This document shows, piece after piece, positions 13,630 to 22,312 of a stretch of 23,540 bases of DNA. The DNA is taken from NCBI GenBank assembly GCA_035513275.1, contig DATKCJ010000187.1:1-23540 (forward strand), in the 5' to 3' direction. The notes beneath the pieces were generated by a model. The model had not been told where the DNA came from. It saw nothing but the letters and a program-made list of their open reading frames with translations, and did not search any database. Source of the stretch: Opitutaceae bacterium (lineage in GTDB: Bacteria > Verrucomicrobiota > Verrucomicrobiia > Opitutales > Opitutaceae). Within the stretch, counting starts at the first letter, position 1. Every line of letters begins with the position of its first letter. Made by a program: the position numbers and the translations under genes.

Positions 13630-16179
13630 TCATTCATGACCCAGCGAGATGAGGTTCGCGAAAAGCCGATACGCGCCTGGCACGCCGGCGGGGAGCTGCC
13701 TGAAGAACGCGAGACCTGTGTAGACGTAGTAGCCCTTCCCGTGGCGCGCGATCAGGACGCTGCTGTCCGGCTGTGTCTGCCCCGGATCGCTCATCGCCAG
13801 CAGAGCAGTGTAGCTCGCCTCGTCCCAAGTGCTCGGGAAATACGCACCGCGCTCCTGCACCCAGCCCTCGAAGTCGGCCTGGTTGATCTTGTTCGGCGTG
13901 TTGAGCGCGGGATGATCGGGTGCGAGGAAGTTCACGGGAGCCGTCTCGTCGGTCACTCGAAAGCGAGCGGCCTGGCCCTCGATCGAGAGCGGAAACGGCC
14001 CGAGTTGCGTCGCCTTCAGTCCGTTGGGCCGGTTGTATTGGGCAACGACCGTGCCGCCCGCCTCGACCCACGCGAGAAGGCCGGGGAAATTCGCCCCGAG
14101 GTCGTCGCGCTCGTTGAACGCGCGCACACCGATCACGACCGCGTCGAGCCCGGCGAGTCGCTCCAGCGTGAGATCGGCGCCGGTGAGCACGCGCACCGTG
14201 CATCCGAGTTGCTCGAGCGCCTCCAACGTGCTGTCGCCTGCACCCGGCAGGTAGCCAACATTTTTCGCCAGCGTGCGCGCGTCGCTGCTCACGAGTCGCG
14301 CAGCCGCCGGCGGTTGCAGCAACTGGACGGGAAGGTGATCGTAGCGCAGTTCAATCCTCTGCGTTGAGTATTCGCGGCTGTCGATCGTTGCGGTCGCTTT
14401 CAATTCGCCACTCGCAGCAGCCGCCGGCGCAGTCACATCGAACGAGAGACTCGCCTGCTCGCCCACGGCACGGGTCGCGAAATCGCGCGCTGCCGGGGTC
14501 ACCTTCCAGCCGACCGGCACATCGAGACGTAGCGTTCCGCGAAGATCCGCGCGCGCTGCAGATACCTCCACCCACACGGATTTCGTTCCGCCCGGCGGAA
14601 CAAGCAGCACCTCGGAGCCGATTCTCAAGGACGCCGGCGGAATGAACTTCAATTCGCTCCGCGCGTCGCCCGCCACAAAGACCGGCGTCTCCACCATCGC
14701 GAAGCGGCGACCGTCGATCTCAAACTCGAGCTCGACCTGAAGCACGGGGGGATTCTCCGGCAGCCCGATCATCGCGGCGTCGCTCACTTTCGCGATTCCG
14801 GCCGAGCCTTTCTCGCGCAACCAATATGGCTGCGTCAGAGGCGTGTCCGCTGGAATCACGAATGTGTCGCGCTCCATCCGCTCCGAAATGGGAATCGCGT
14901 CGGCGGCGTGGGTGCCGACTTGTTGTTCGTGGACGACTCGACCGTTCACGAGGTAGCGCACAGACGTTTGGCGGCCCGGAACCGGCGCCAGATTCCATTG
15001 ATGCCGCGTGACCGTGACTGATTCGCCCGGGACGATCTCGCCGCGTTCGACCGTCGCTTCGAGTCCGAGCCCGAGGCACGCGCGAAGGATGCTGTCGAGG
15101 GCGGCGCGACGGTCTGCGACGACGGAATCGTCAGGCAGGTCCGCCAGTTTCGCGCGAAGTTCAAGAAGCGCGGGCACGCTCGCGGCGGGCTCGGTGGCGT
15201 CGAAGCTTGCCGCGAGTTTCGCAACAAGTTCCTCGACCCCTGCGCCACCGGTGTAGCGCGTCCAACCCGTGTCGACACCGTCCATCAAGTCTGACTCTGC
15301 CGGCTCGCCCGCCATGAGCAGGAAGTTCTGTTCGTTGGCGCCGGTGCGCGCGCGGTCGACGAAGCCGCCGAGGCCTTGCGTCTTGTGCATCGCTCGGCTT
15401 TTCGCGGCGATCAGGCCAAACGACTCGCCCGTGACGGGGTCGGTGCCCGCGATGTCTTGCATGAAGACGGGTCCGTCGAGCGGCAGCGGAGCGTTGGGGT
15501 TGAAACGAAATGCGTTCCAGAGGACGCGCTTCGCCTGCCATGGCTTGAGGCCCTGCGCAATCTGCTCGGGATACGCCGTCGGGTCGGCTGATATCTTGAA
15601 GGCCTCGACCGCGAGGATGCCCGACGCAGTATGTTGGCCGTGACCGCCGCTGCCGGGAGGAATTGGGAAACGCGTGACGATCACGTCGGGACGGAACATG
15701 CGGATCACGCGCACCACGTCGGCGAGCACCTGCTCGCGATCCCAGAATTGCAGCGTTTCCTCGGGCGACTTCGAATAGCCGAAGTCGATCGCGCGCGTGA
15801 AGAACTGGCTCCCGCCGTCGAGCCGGCGCGCAGCGAGCAACTCTTGTGTGCGCAACACGCCGAGCTTCTCATCGAAGTCGCGGCCTAGTTCGTTCTGCCC
15901 GCCGTCCCCGCGCGTGAGCGAGAGATAACCGGCGCGAAACCCGCGGCCACGAGAGAGCCACGTGATCAGCTCGGTATTCTCATCGTCGGGGTGCGCGGCG
16001 ATGTGCAGCACCGTGCCGGTCGTCGCGAGCGCGCGCAGGTCGTGCTGGATCTGGATCCGCGCGGCGTCGCTGAGCACTTCGCGGACGACTGGCGGGCGTT
16101 TCTCCGCGATGTCGACCGGAGGCGGCGAGTCGGTCGCACTCGCGAGCGATGCAGTGAACGCGAACAAGCATGCGCTCAT
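13630..16179 (-). CDS. Secreted approximately 849-aa fusion protein: an N-terminal PIG-L/LmbE-family deacetylase domain plus a C-terminal ThuA/class-I-glutamine-amidotransferase-like domain.
   Basis: The signal peptide MSACLFAFTASLASA begins at the ATG at 16179 (verified). The deacetylase motif is LHIAAHPDDENTELITWL...TRGDGGQN. The C-terminal segment DAVVIGVRAFNERDDLGANFPGLLAWVEAGGTVVAQYNR follows a ThuA/DJ-1-like fold pattern. Confidence 0.75.
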   Translation of the reverse strand: MSACLFAFTASLASATDSPPPVDIAEKRPPVVREVLSDAARIQIQHDLRALATTGTVLHIAAHPDDENTELITWLSRGRGFRAGYLSLTRGDGGQNELGRDFDEKLGVLRTQELLAARRLDGGSQFFTRAIDFGYSKSPEETLQFWDREQVLADVVRVIRMFRPDVIVTRFPIPPGSGGHGQHTASGILAVEAFKISADPTAYPEQIAQGLKPWQAKRVLWNAFRFNPNAPLPLDGPVFMQDIAGTDPVTGESFGLIAAKSRAMHKTQGLGGFVDRARTGANEQNFLLMAGEPAESDLMDGVDTGWTRYTGGAGVEELVAKLAASFDATEPAASVPALLELRAKLADLPDDSVVADRRAALDSILRACLGLGLEATVERGEIVPGESVTVTRHQWNLAPVPGRQTSVRYLVNGRVVHEQQVGTHAADAIPISERMERDTFVIPADTPLTQPYWLREKGSAGIAKVSDAAMIGLPENPPVLQVELEFEIDGRRFAMVETPVFVAGDARSELKFIPPASLRIGSEVLLVPPGGTKSVWVEVSAARADLRGTLRLDVPVGWKVTPAARDFATRAVGEQASLSFDVTAPAAAASGELKATATIDSREYSTQRIELRYDHLPVQLLQPPAAARLVSSDARTLAKNVGYLPGAGDSTLEALEQLGCTVRVLTGADLTLERLAGLDAVVIGVRAFNERDDLGANFPGLLAWVEAGGTVVAQYNRPNGLKATQLGPFPLSIEGQAARFRVTDETAPVNFLAPDHPALNTPNKINQADFEGWVQERGAYFPSTWDEASYTALLAMSDPGQTQPDSSVLIARHGKGYYVYTGLAFFRQLPAGVPGAYRLFANLISLGHE

Positions 16180-16353
16180 TGCACGGGCGCGATTCGACCA
16201 CCGCGCTTTATCCAGATCAGCCGCGACTGCGCATTTCAAAGTTTCGATACGCAACAGTCGGGTCATTTGGGACATGGATAGCCGGAAGGCAGTCAAGCGG
16301 GTGGTTGCGCAACGTTGATTGTGGGTAAATGAATCGGAAACACGTGGATGCGA

Positions 16354-16385
16354 CTCCGCGCGGCTGCTGGTCGAGACGCGCGGAG
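16354..16385 (-). terminator. Stem-loop CTCCGCGCG-(14 nt)-CGCGCGGAG downstream of the DUF2911 gene.
   Basis: A 9-bp perfect stem lies 12 nt after the stop at 16397 on the minus strand and is followed on that strand by a T-containing tract. Confidence 0.35.
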
Positions 16386-16396
16386 CCGCGGACTGA

Positions 16397-17272
16397 TTAC
16401 TTCAAACTGTCGATGAGCGCTTTGTTCAGGCGCGTGTATTCCGCCTTCAACTCGGCCGGGGTCTCCGCCGGGCTGTTCTTGATCAGCTCGAGCGATTCGT
16501 TGGCCGCGGCGAGCGCGCCGGCCTTGTCGCCCATCTTGGCGAGAATGAGGCCCTTTCTGTAGACCATCCACATCTGGCCGGGGCTGGCTGCGAGCGCGGC
16601 GTTCATCCACTCGAGCGACTTCTTCAGGTCGAGATTGTTCTCGTAGTAAAACATCGCTGACTGGAAATACGGCTTCTTCTCGGCATCCGACGCCATGACG
16701 GCCTCGATCTTGGAAACCAGCATGCCGGCGAGGTCGGTCTCAATCTTCACGGGAACGCGGGCGTTCTCCCACATCAGGTAGAGTATGGCCGAGCCCTCAG
16801 CCGAGAGATTTGAGACGCCGATCGAGAACGTCTCGATCGCGTTCGGAACCGCCGCGGGCTTGACGGTGACGCGGGCCACGTCGTTCGCCACGTTGTAGGC
16901 GTAGGAGCCCCACTGGCCGGTGACGTTGTTTAGGATGACGGTCCACTCGCCTTCACCCGGGATTGAGAAGAGCGCGTAGGTGCCCGCAGCCACGTCGGTC
17001 CCGCCGAACTTCACATCGGTGCTGAAGGTGACCTTCGTCGCCGAGTTGGCGCCGGTGCGCCACACTTCGCCGTAGGGCACGAGACCGCCGAAAATCTTCC
17101 GGCCGCGCATGCTGGGCCGCGAGTATTCGACGGAGATGTCGGTGATGCCGACCCGTTGTTTAAAAGTCGCGGCCGGGCTCGGCGCGGGAAACTCGATTTG
17201 GGGGGCTTGGGCAAAAAGGCCGGTGGCAAGCACCAGACCTGAAACAATAGTCAACACGGAGCGGGTGTTCAT
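16397..17272 (-). CDS. DUF2911-like periplasmic protein with a C-terminal TPR-like helical region, about 291 aa.
   Basis: The signal peptide is MNTRSVLTIVSGLVLATGLFAQAP, with the ATG at 17272 verified. The block RVGITDISVEYSRPSMRGRKIFGGLVPYGEVWRTGANSATKVTFSTDVKFGG resembles the DUF2911 core. The family name is recalled from memory and not certain. Confidence 0.6.
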   Translation of the reverse strand: MNTRSVLTIVSGLVLATGLFAQAPQIEFPAPSPAATFKQRVGITDISVEYSRPSMRGRKIFGGLVPYGEVWRTGANSATKVTFSTDVKFGGTDVAAGTYALFSIPGEGEWTVILNNVTGQWGSYAYNVANDVARVTVKPAAVPNAIETFSIGVSNLSAEGSAILYLMWENARVPVKIETDLAGMLVSKIEAVMASDAEKKPYFQSAMFYYENNLDLKKSLEWMNAALAASPGQMWMVYRKGLILAKMGDKAGALAAANESLELIKNSPAETPAELKAEYTRLNKALIDSLK

Positions 17273-17443
17273 GGCAGGCTCTAGAGAAACCAACACTTTC
17301 GCAAATTCCACTCAAATTCCGCAAAAGGTTGAAACGAGGCCACGAAGCCCTTGGTGCGCGGATGAACGGTCTCTGGCAGCCCGACGTTGGTCCGCCCATC
17401 GTTTGCGCTGCATGCACCTGGGCCCGTAGTAGAAGGAGTTGAA

Positions 17444-17524
17444 CGACAGAGGCACGAAGACGCGGAGAAAATTCATGCACTCGTTCTCCTCAGATCTTTG
17501 TGTCTCCGTGTCTCTGTGGTGAAT
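17444..17524. repeat. Inverted pair of YCTCTGTG-octamer repeat elements in the intergenic region between the DUF2911-like gene and the GNAT gene.
   Basis: The forward copy CTTTGTGTCTCCGTGTCTCTGTGGTGAAT at 17496-17524 matches 25 of 29 positions of the 9896-9924 copy. The reverse copy at 17444-17470 has reverse complement TTTCTCCGCGTCTTCGTGCCTCTGTCG. Confidence 0.5.
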
Positions 17525-17649
17525 GCCTTGAAGACTTCTTTCCCGGGCGAAAAAGCCTGGCTTTGCTTGCGGCTGCGCCGCGTTAGGCCTCTTGCCTTCG
17601 TGTTTCTCCCTCCGTCGCTCGAAACCGGCAGCGCACGCCAGCGCGCCCT

Positions 17650-17679
17650 CCTTTTTTCGAGTGCAGTCTCGAAAAAAGG
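17650..17679. terminator. Bidirectional intrinsic terminator CCTTTTTTCGAG-tgcagt-CTCGAAAAAAGG.
   Basis: 12-bp perfect inverted arms carry a T6/A6 run on both strands. The structure lies 5 nt after the GNAT stop at 17685-17687. Confidence 0.55.
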
Positions 17680-17684
17680 CCGTG

Positions 17685-18209
17685 TCACTCCGGCATCGTC
17701 AACTGCCAGTAGCCGACATCGATCCACCGGTCGAACTTGCGGCCGACTTGCTCGAAGTGTGCGACCTTCTTGAAACCCATCGACTCGTGCAGGCCGACCG
17801 ACGCCGCGTTCGGCAGCGCGATCCCGCCGATGATTGCGTGATATCCAAGCCTGCGAAGCTCGGCCACGAGCTGCGTGTAGAGCAGCCGGCCGATCCCACG
17901 GCCCGTGCAATCGGTGCTGAGATAGACCGTAGTCTCCACGGACTGCCGGTAGGCCGAGCGCTCCTTCCATTTGTTGGCGTAGGCGTAGCCGACGACGGAC
18001 CCGCCGCTCTCGGCAACGAGCCATGGCAAGCCGATCGAGTCGATAAGGCGGATGCGCGTGCGCATCTCGCCGACGCTCACCGGCTTTTCCTCGAACGTGA
18101 CGATCGTATCGCGAACGTAGTGATTGTAGATATCGCGAATCGCCGCCGCATCCTGCGGTGTCGCTGCGCGCACCAGTGCCGATCGGGTAAATGTCTCGTC
18201 TGCGTTCAT
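17685..18209 (-). CDS. GNAT-family N-acetyltransferase of the phosphinothricin / methionine-sulfoximine acetyltransferase (PAT) type, about 174 aa.
   Basis: IRDIYNHYVRDTIVTFEEKPVS...GYAYANKWKERSAYRQSVETTVYL...GRGIGRLLYTQLV...GYHAIIGGIALPNAASVGLHESMGF is the classic PAT/Bar pattern. The ATG at 18209 was verified. The first 27 codons of the ORF-track ORF are probably 5' leader. Confidence 0.8.
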   Translation of the reverse strand: MNADETFTRSALVRAATPQDAAAIRDIYNHYVRDTIVTFEEKPVSVGEMRTRIRLIDSIGLPWLVAESGGSVVGYAYANKWKERSAYRQSVETTVYLSTDCTGRGIGRLLYTQLVAELRRLGYHAIIGGIALPNAASVGLHESMGFKKVAHFEQVGRKFDRWIDVGYWQLTMPE

Positions 18210-18320
18210 CGCGACCTGTTCTTCGGCTCCCACCGATAGCCTTGCCCAATCCGGAGTCGAGCGCGGGAATTCTCCAACCTCCGTTTGCATCGATAAACCG
18301 AGATGCTATCTGAATACCCG

Positions 18321-19382
18321 ATGCCCACTCTCTTCGATCCGCTCCAAGTCGGCGCGCTCACGCTGCCGAATCGCGTTATCATGGCTCCGCTCACGCGTTG
18401 CCGCGCCGGCGCGGGCCGCGTGCCGACCGACTTGAACGTCGAATACTACGTCCAGCGCGCGTCGGCGGGCCTCATCCTCACCGAGGCGACGGCGGTCGAC
18501 CCGATGGGCGTGGGATACTTCGATACTCCGGGCATCTGGTCGGAGGAGCAGGTTGCGGGTTGGAAAAGGATCACAGCCGGCGTGCACGCCGCGGGTGGCC
18601 GGATTTCCCTACAACTTTGGCACGTCGGACGGATGTCCGACCCGGTGCACTTGGACGGCGCGATGCCCGTCGCTCCGAGCGCGATCGCGCCGCCGGGACA
18701 CCCGAGCGGAATCCGCCCTCAAAAGCCTTTCGAAACACCGCGAGCGCTCGATCGCCGCGAGATCCCCGGCGTGATCGCTGCCTACCGCAGAGGCGCGGAG
18801 AACGCGCAGCGTGCCGGCTTCGACGGAGTCGAACTGCACGGCGCCAACGGCTACCTGATCGACCAGTTTCTTCAGGACAGCACCAACAAGCGCACCGACG
18901 ACTACGGCGGCCCGATTGAGAATCGGGCGAGGTTTGCACTCGAGGCGACCGACGCTGCGATCTCGATCTGGGGTGCGGACCGCGTGGGCATGCACCTCAA
19001 TCCCCGCTCCAGTGCGCACGGCATGGGCGACAGCGACCCAGCCGCGACGTTCGGATATCTGGCGCGCGAGCTGGGCCAGCGGAAGATTGCGTTCATCTGC
19101 GCGCGCGAATCGCTCGAGGAGCCGCGGCTCGTGCCGCTCATCAAGCGCGAGTTCGGCGGCGTAATGATCGCGAACCAAGGTTTCACCGCCGCCGATGCGC
19201 AGCGCGTTCTCGACGCTGGCGAAGTCGACGCCGTCGCATGGGGCCGGATCTTCATCGCAAACCCGGATCTGCCGCGACGCCTCCAACTCGGCGCGCCACT
19301 CAACGAGCCCGACGAGTCGACATTCTACGGCGACGGCCCCCGGGGCTACACTGACTACCCGACGATGAGTGAGATCGGGTAG
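18321..19382 (+). CDS. Old Yellow Enzyme family NADH:flavin oxidoreductase (NemA / N-ethylmaleimide-reductase-like), about 353 aa.
   Basis: The OYE hallmarks are all present: PNRVIMAPLTRCRA, GLILTEAT, LQLWHVGR, GFDGVELHGANGYLIDQFL and RVGMHLNP. Confidence 0.85.
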   Translation: MPTLFDPLQVGALTLPNRVIMAPLTRCRAGAGRVPTDLNVEYYVQRASAGLILTEATAVDPMGVGYFDTPGIWSEEQVAGWKRITAGVHAAGGRISLQLWHVGRMSDPVHLDGAMPVAPSAIAPPGHPSGIRPQKPFETPRALDRREIPGVIAAYRRGAENAQRAGFDGVELHGANGYLIDQFLQDSTNKRTDDYGGPIENRARFALEATDAAISIWGADRVGMHLNPRSSAHGMGDSDPAATFGYLARELGQRKIAFICARESLEEPRLVPLIKREFGGVMIANQGFTAADAQRVLDAGEVDAVAWGRIFIANPDLPRRLQLGAPLNEPDESTFYGDGPRGYTDYPTMSEIG

Positions 19383-19417
19383 CGCAGGTGGGACGCCTGC
19401 CGAAGAAACCCTGTAGG

Positions 19418-19471
19418 TTGCGCGCTTGCCGCGCAACGCCGGACTCTGTGGCGCGACGAGCGCGCCACCTA
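19418..19471 (+). terminator. Two tandem GC-rich hairpins, GTTGCGCG-cttgc-CGCGCAAC and GTGGCGCG-acgag-CGCGCCAC, downstream of the OYE gene.
   Basis: The 8-bp perfect stems are at 19418-19441 and 19447-19471. There is no U-tract. Confidence 0.35.
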
Positions 19472-19561
19472 CTACGCCCTCGCTCCCGAGGCCACCCGGT
19501 TTCTCCCACGTGCAAATTGTAGGTGCTTTCGGCGAGCAACATTGCTCTCATCGAGGCTGAC

Positions 19562-20098
19562 ATGGATGCATTCACCGCCTATGCGATCTGTTTCGGAGCC
19601 GGAGTTGTATTTACCCTGATAAGCGCGATCAGCGCCCACGTGTTCGGCGGCGAAGGGGACGTCGACGGCGGGATGGATGCGGGTGGCGTGACGGCGTTCT
19701 CCCCGTTGAGCCCTTCGGCAATCGCCGCGTTCGTCGCCGCCTTCGGAGGATTTGGAATGATCCTGACTCGCATCGAGGCAACCAGCAGTCCGTGGATCAG
19801 CGTCCCTGCGTCGGTAGTCGGCGGCGTCGCTGTGGCCGGCTTGACTTTGCTGATCTTGAACACCGTGTTCAGCCGGACGCAAAGCTCCAGCGAAGGCCGG
19901 ATTGCCGCGCTCGCTGGAACATCCGCAACGGTGATATCCCCGATCCCTGTCGATGGTGTCGGTGAGATTGCATACGTGCAGGCGGGGTCGCGCTACTCGG
20001 CACCTGCGCGTTCCGAGAACGGCGCAGCAATCGCCAACGGCGCCACCGTGAAGATCACGCGGATCGTCGGCACGCAGTTCTACGTTTCGATTTCCTAG
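19562..20098 (+). CDS. NfeD-like (YuaF-type) membrane protein with a C-terminal OB-fold, the partner of flotillin, about 178 aa.
   Basis: Two to three N-terminal transmembrane helices are followed by a β-barrel tail, GEIAYVQAGSRYSAPARSENGAAIANGATVKITRIVGTQFYVS. The gene lies immediately upstream of the flotillin gene, the yuaF-yuaG arrangement. An ATG at 19562 is preferred. Confidence 0.7.
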   Translation: MDAFTAYAICFGAGVVFTLISAISAHVFGGEGDVDGGMDAGGVTAFSPLSPSAIAAFVAAFGGFGMILTRIEATSSPWISVPASVVGGVAVAGLTLLILNTVFSRTQSSSEGRIAALAGTSATVISPIPVDGVGEIAYVQAGSRYSAPARSENGAAIANGATVKITRIVGTQFYVSIS

Positions 20099-20140
20099 AC
20101 TTTCGTTCCCCACGAAACTCCTCCCCGCCTACCCAACCCT

Positions 20141-21661
20141 ATGCATTCCGTGCTCCTCGCCCTGGTCGACGACCTTGGCTCCCTCGCCCTTGTCGTCGGT
20201 GGCCTCATCGTCGTCATCTTCGTTCCTCTCATTGTCTGGTCCAGCCGCTACACAAAGGTGGGCCCCAATGAGGTGCTGATAGTTTCCGGTCGAAAACACC
20301 GGCAGACCGACGCGAGAGGCGTCATCTCCACGCGCGGCTTCCGCATCGTCAAGGGCGGCGGCACGTTCATCATCCCCGTTCTCGAGAAGGCCGACATCCT
20401 TTCGCTCGAGCTGCTCACCATCGATGTGCAGACGCCTGAAGTATACACGAGCAAGGGCGTCCCGGTGAAAGTCGATGGCGTCGCGCAAATCAAGGTGAAG
20501 GGCGACGATGTCTCCATCGCCACCGCTTCAGAGCAGTTCCTCAGCAAGGGTGTGGCCGACATCAAGAACATCGCCACGCAGACCCTCGAAGGTCACCTGC
20601 GCGCCATCCTCGGCACGATGACCGTCGAGGAGATTTACCAGAACCGCGATGCGTTCGCCTCCAAGGTCCAGGAAGTCGCCGCCGGCGACATGGCCAACAT
20701 GGGCCTCGGCATCGTCAGCTTCACGATCCGCGACATCCGCGACACGCAGGGTTACCTCGATGCGCTCGGCAAACCCCGCATCGCTCAGGTGAAGCGCGAC
20801 GCCATCATCGCGCAAGCCGAGGCCGACCGCGACGCCGTCATCCGCTCTGCCCAAGCCGGGCAGGCCGGGCAGGAGGCAAAGTTCAAAGCCGACACGAAGA
20901 TCGCCGAGTCGCAGCGCGATTACGAAGTGAGCTTCGCCGAGTATCAGGCCTCGGTGAATCAGAAGAAAGCCGAGTCCGAACTCGCCTACGATCTGCAGAA
21001 ATTCAAAACGAACCAGCTCGTCAAAGCCGAGGAGGTGCAGGTCGCGATCATCGAGAAGCAAAAGCAGATCGAGCTGCAGCAACAGGAAATCCTGCGGCGT
21101 CAACGCGAGCTCGAGGCGAATGTCCAAAAGCCGGCCGATGCGGAGCGATACAGGGTCGAGACGCTCGCCTCCGCTCGGAAGTATCAACTTGAGACCGAGG
21201 CTGCCGGCGCAGCCGCCGCCGCGAAGGCGACTGGGTTCGCGGCCGCCGACGTCGTCAAGGCGACCGGTTCCGCCGAGGCCGACGCCAACAAGGCACGCGG
21301 TCTCGCCGAGGCTTCTGTCATCGAGGCGCAAGGTCTCGCGACCGCCGAGGCGATGCGAAACAAGGCCGAGTCGTTCAAGGAATACAACCAGGCGGCCATC
21401 ATCGAACTCATCGTGCGCGCGAGGCCCGAAATCGCCGCCCAGATTTCCGCACCGCTCGCGAAAACCGAAAAGATGGTCATCATCAACAGCGGCAACGGTC
21501 CCGGCGGTGGAGCGAGCAAACTCACAGGCGACGTCACCACGATTCTCAGCCAGCTCCCACCCGTGCTCGAAGCCCTCACCGGCGTAAAGTTCGAAACACT
21601 CATGGAGAAGATCCCGGCGCTCAGGGATGCGAAGGAGAAGAAGGAAAAGAAGGACGCCTGA
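20141..21661 (+). CDS. Flotillin (SPFH/band-7 domain, FloT/YuaG-like), 506 aa.
   Basis: An N-terminal membrane anchor precedes an SPFH domain (YTKVGPNEVLIVSG...IPVLEKADILSLELLTIDV). A long EA-rich coiled coil (AEA/AEAD repeats) and a C-terminal flotillin tail follow. Confidence 0.85.
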   Translation: MHSVLLALVDDLGSLALVVGGLIVVIFVPLIVWSSRYTKVGPNEVLIVSGRKHRQTDARGVISTRGFRIVKGGGTFIIPVLEKADILSLELLTIDVQTPEVYTSKGVPVKVDGVAQIKVKGDDVSIATASEQFLSKGVADIKNIATQTLEGHLRAILGTMTVEEIYQNRDAFASKVQEVAAGDMANMGLGIVSFTIRDIRDTQGYLDALGKPRIAQVKRDAIIAQAEADRDAVIRSAQAGQAGQEAKFKADTKIAESQRDYEVSFAEYQASVNQKKAESELAYDLQKFKTNQLVKAEEVQVAIIEKQKQIELQQQEILRRQRELEANVQKPADAERYRVETLASARKYQLETEAAGAAAAAKATGFAAADVVKATGSAEADANKARGLAEASVIEAQGLATAEAMRNKAESFKEYNQAAIIELIVRARPEIAAQISAPLAKTEKMVIINSGNGPGGGASKLTGDVTTILSQLPPVLEALTGVKFETLMEKIPALRDAKEKKEKKDA

Positions 21662-21755
21662 CGCTGGCGCGCCGGTGTCGATTGAGTCTCACACGCAATA
21701 GCAACTTGGCCAACGGGCCTGGGCTCAGTCGGCAAATGGATCCTGCCCAGGTCGC

Positions 21756-22013
21756 TCAGACACGGATTATCTCGAAAATCCGAACCTCACAACTCGCGTG
21801 GTCGACCCAGAACGAAAACAAGTAATCCTCGAGCAAGATATTCTCGATCGTGCGTCCTGCGACGTCGACTGTCCGGAAATCTCCGATCGCGAATGGTTTC
21901 TTAGCGACTCGATCCGCTAGGCTTAGGACCCGCCGCTGACCCTTCTTCGGGAGCGCGACGACAAACGCAACCGCCTCAAGCGAGAGGTGGCTGTGATAGC
22001 CGGCCTCAGCCAT
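21756..22013 (-). CDS. ParE/RelE-superfamily type II toxin, about 85 aa.
   Basis: The C-terminal region RTVDVAGRTIENILLEDYLFSFWVDHASCEVRIFEIIRV follows the ParE/RelE pattern (y.l.Y.v......v.Il.v.H). Its start overlaps the upstream antitoxin gene by 8 nt. GC is lower than in the flanks. Confidence 0.65.
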   Translation of the reverse strand: MAEAGYHSHLSLEAVAFVVALPKKGQRRVLSLADRVAKKPFAIGDFRTVDVAGRTIENILLEDYLFSFWVDHASCEVRIFEIIRV

Positions 22014-22209
22014 GGCCAAGCTGCTTCCGCAGCTCGGCAACGCTTAGCTTCTTGCCGGCGGCCATGGAGTTTAGCCGCCGCGAGGCTTCGAGTTTCCATC
22101 CGGCGCGCTCCTGCCCGAGACGGATCAAATATGCGGACAGGTTTCGCCGATCCTTCTCAGGCAATTTTGCCGCGCGTTGCTTGAGTTCAAGGAAGGCGGC
22201 GGCAGTCAT
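22006..22209 (-). CDS. Antitoxin, a putative addiction-module component (TIGR02574-like), 67 aa.
   Basis: MTAAAFLELKQRAAKLPEKDRRNLSAYLIRLG...KKLSVAELRKQL matches the short helical addiction-module antitoxin pattern (L.eal.Lp..eR..L...L..SL......e.i). It is the upstream partner of the ParE-like gene. Confidence 0.6.
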   Translation of the reverse strand: MTAAAFLELKQRAAKLPEKDRRNLSAYLIRLGQERAGWKLEASRRLNSMAAGKKLSVAELRKQLGHG

Positions 22210-22211
22210 GC

Positions 22212-22282
22212 TCTCAACCTAACTTGGGAGATTACTTGGTCAAGGCACACATCCTTCGATGTGTGTCTCAAACCTAACCTGA
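22212..22282 (-). promoter_or_regulatory. Putative promoter-operator of the antitoxin-toxin operon: direct repeats TCTCAACCTAAC / TCTCAAACCTAAC flanking a hairpin GGCACACATC-cttc-GATGTGTGTC, plus a TTGACC-16nt-TAGGTT element on the minus strand.
   Basis: All elements lie within 70 bp upstream of the antitoxin ATG at 22209. Type II antitoxins classically autoregulate through such sites. Confidence 0.35.
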
Positions 22283-22312
22283 CCTCGAACCGAGACCCCA
22301 GGGTTTCATCCG

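Noticed and set aside
18609-19436. 275-aa minus-strand ORF antisense to the OYE reductase, and the 20528..21331 minus ORF antisense to flotillin.
   Set aside because: Low-complexity antisense artefacts. The plus frames match well-known families.
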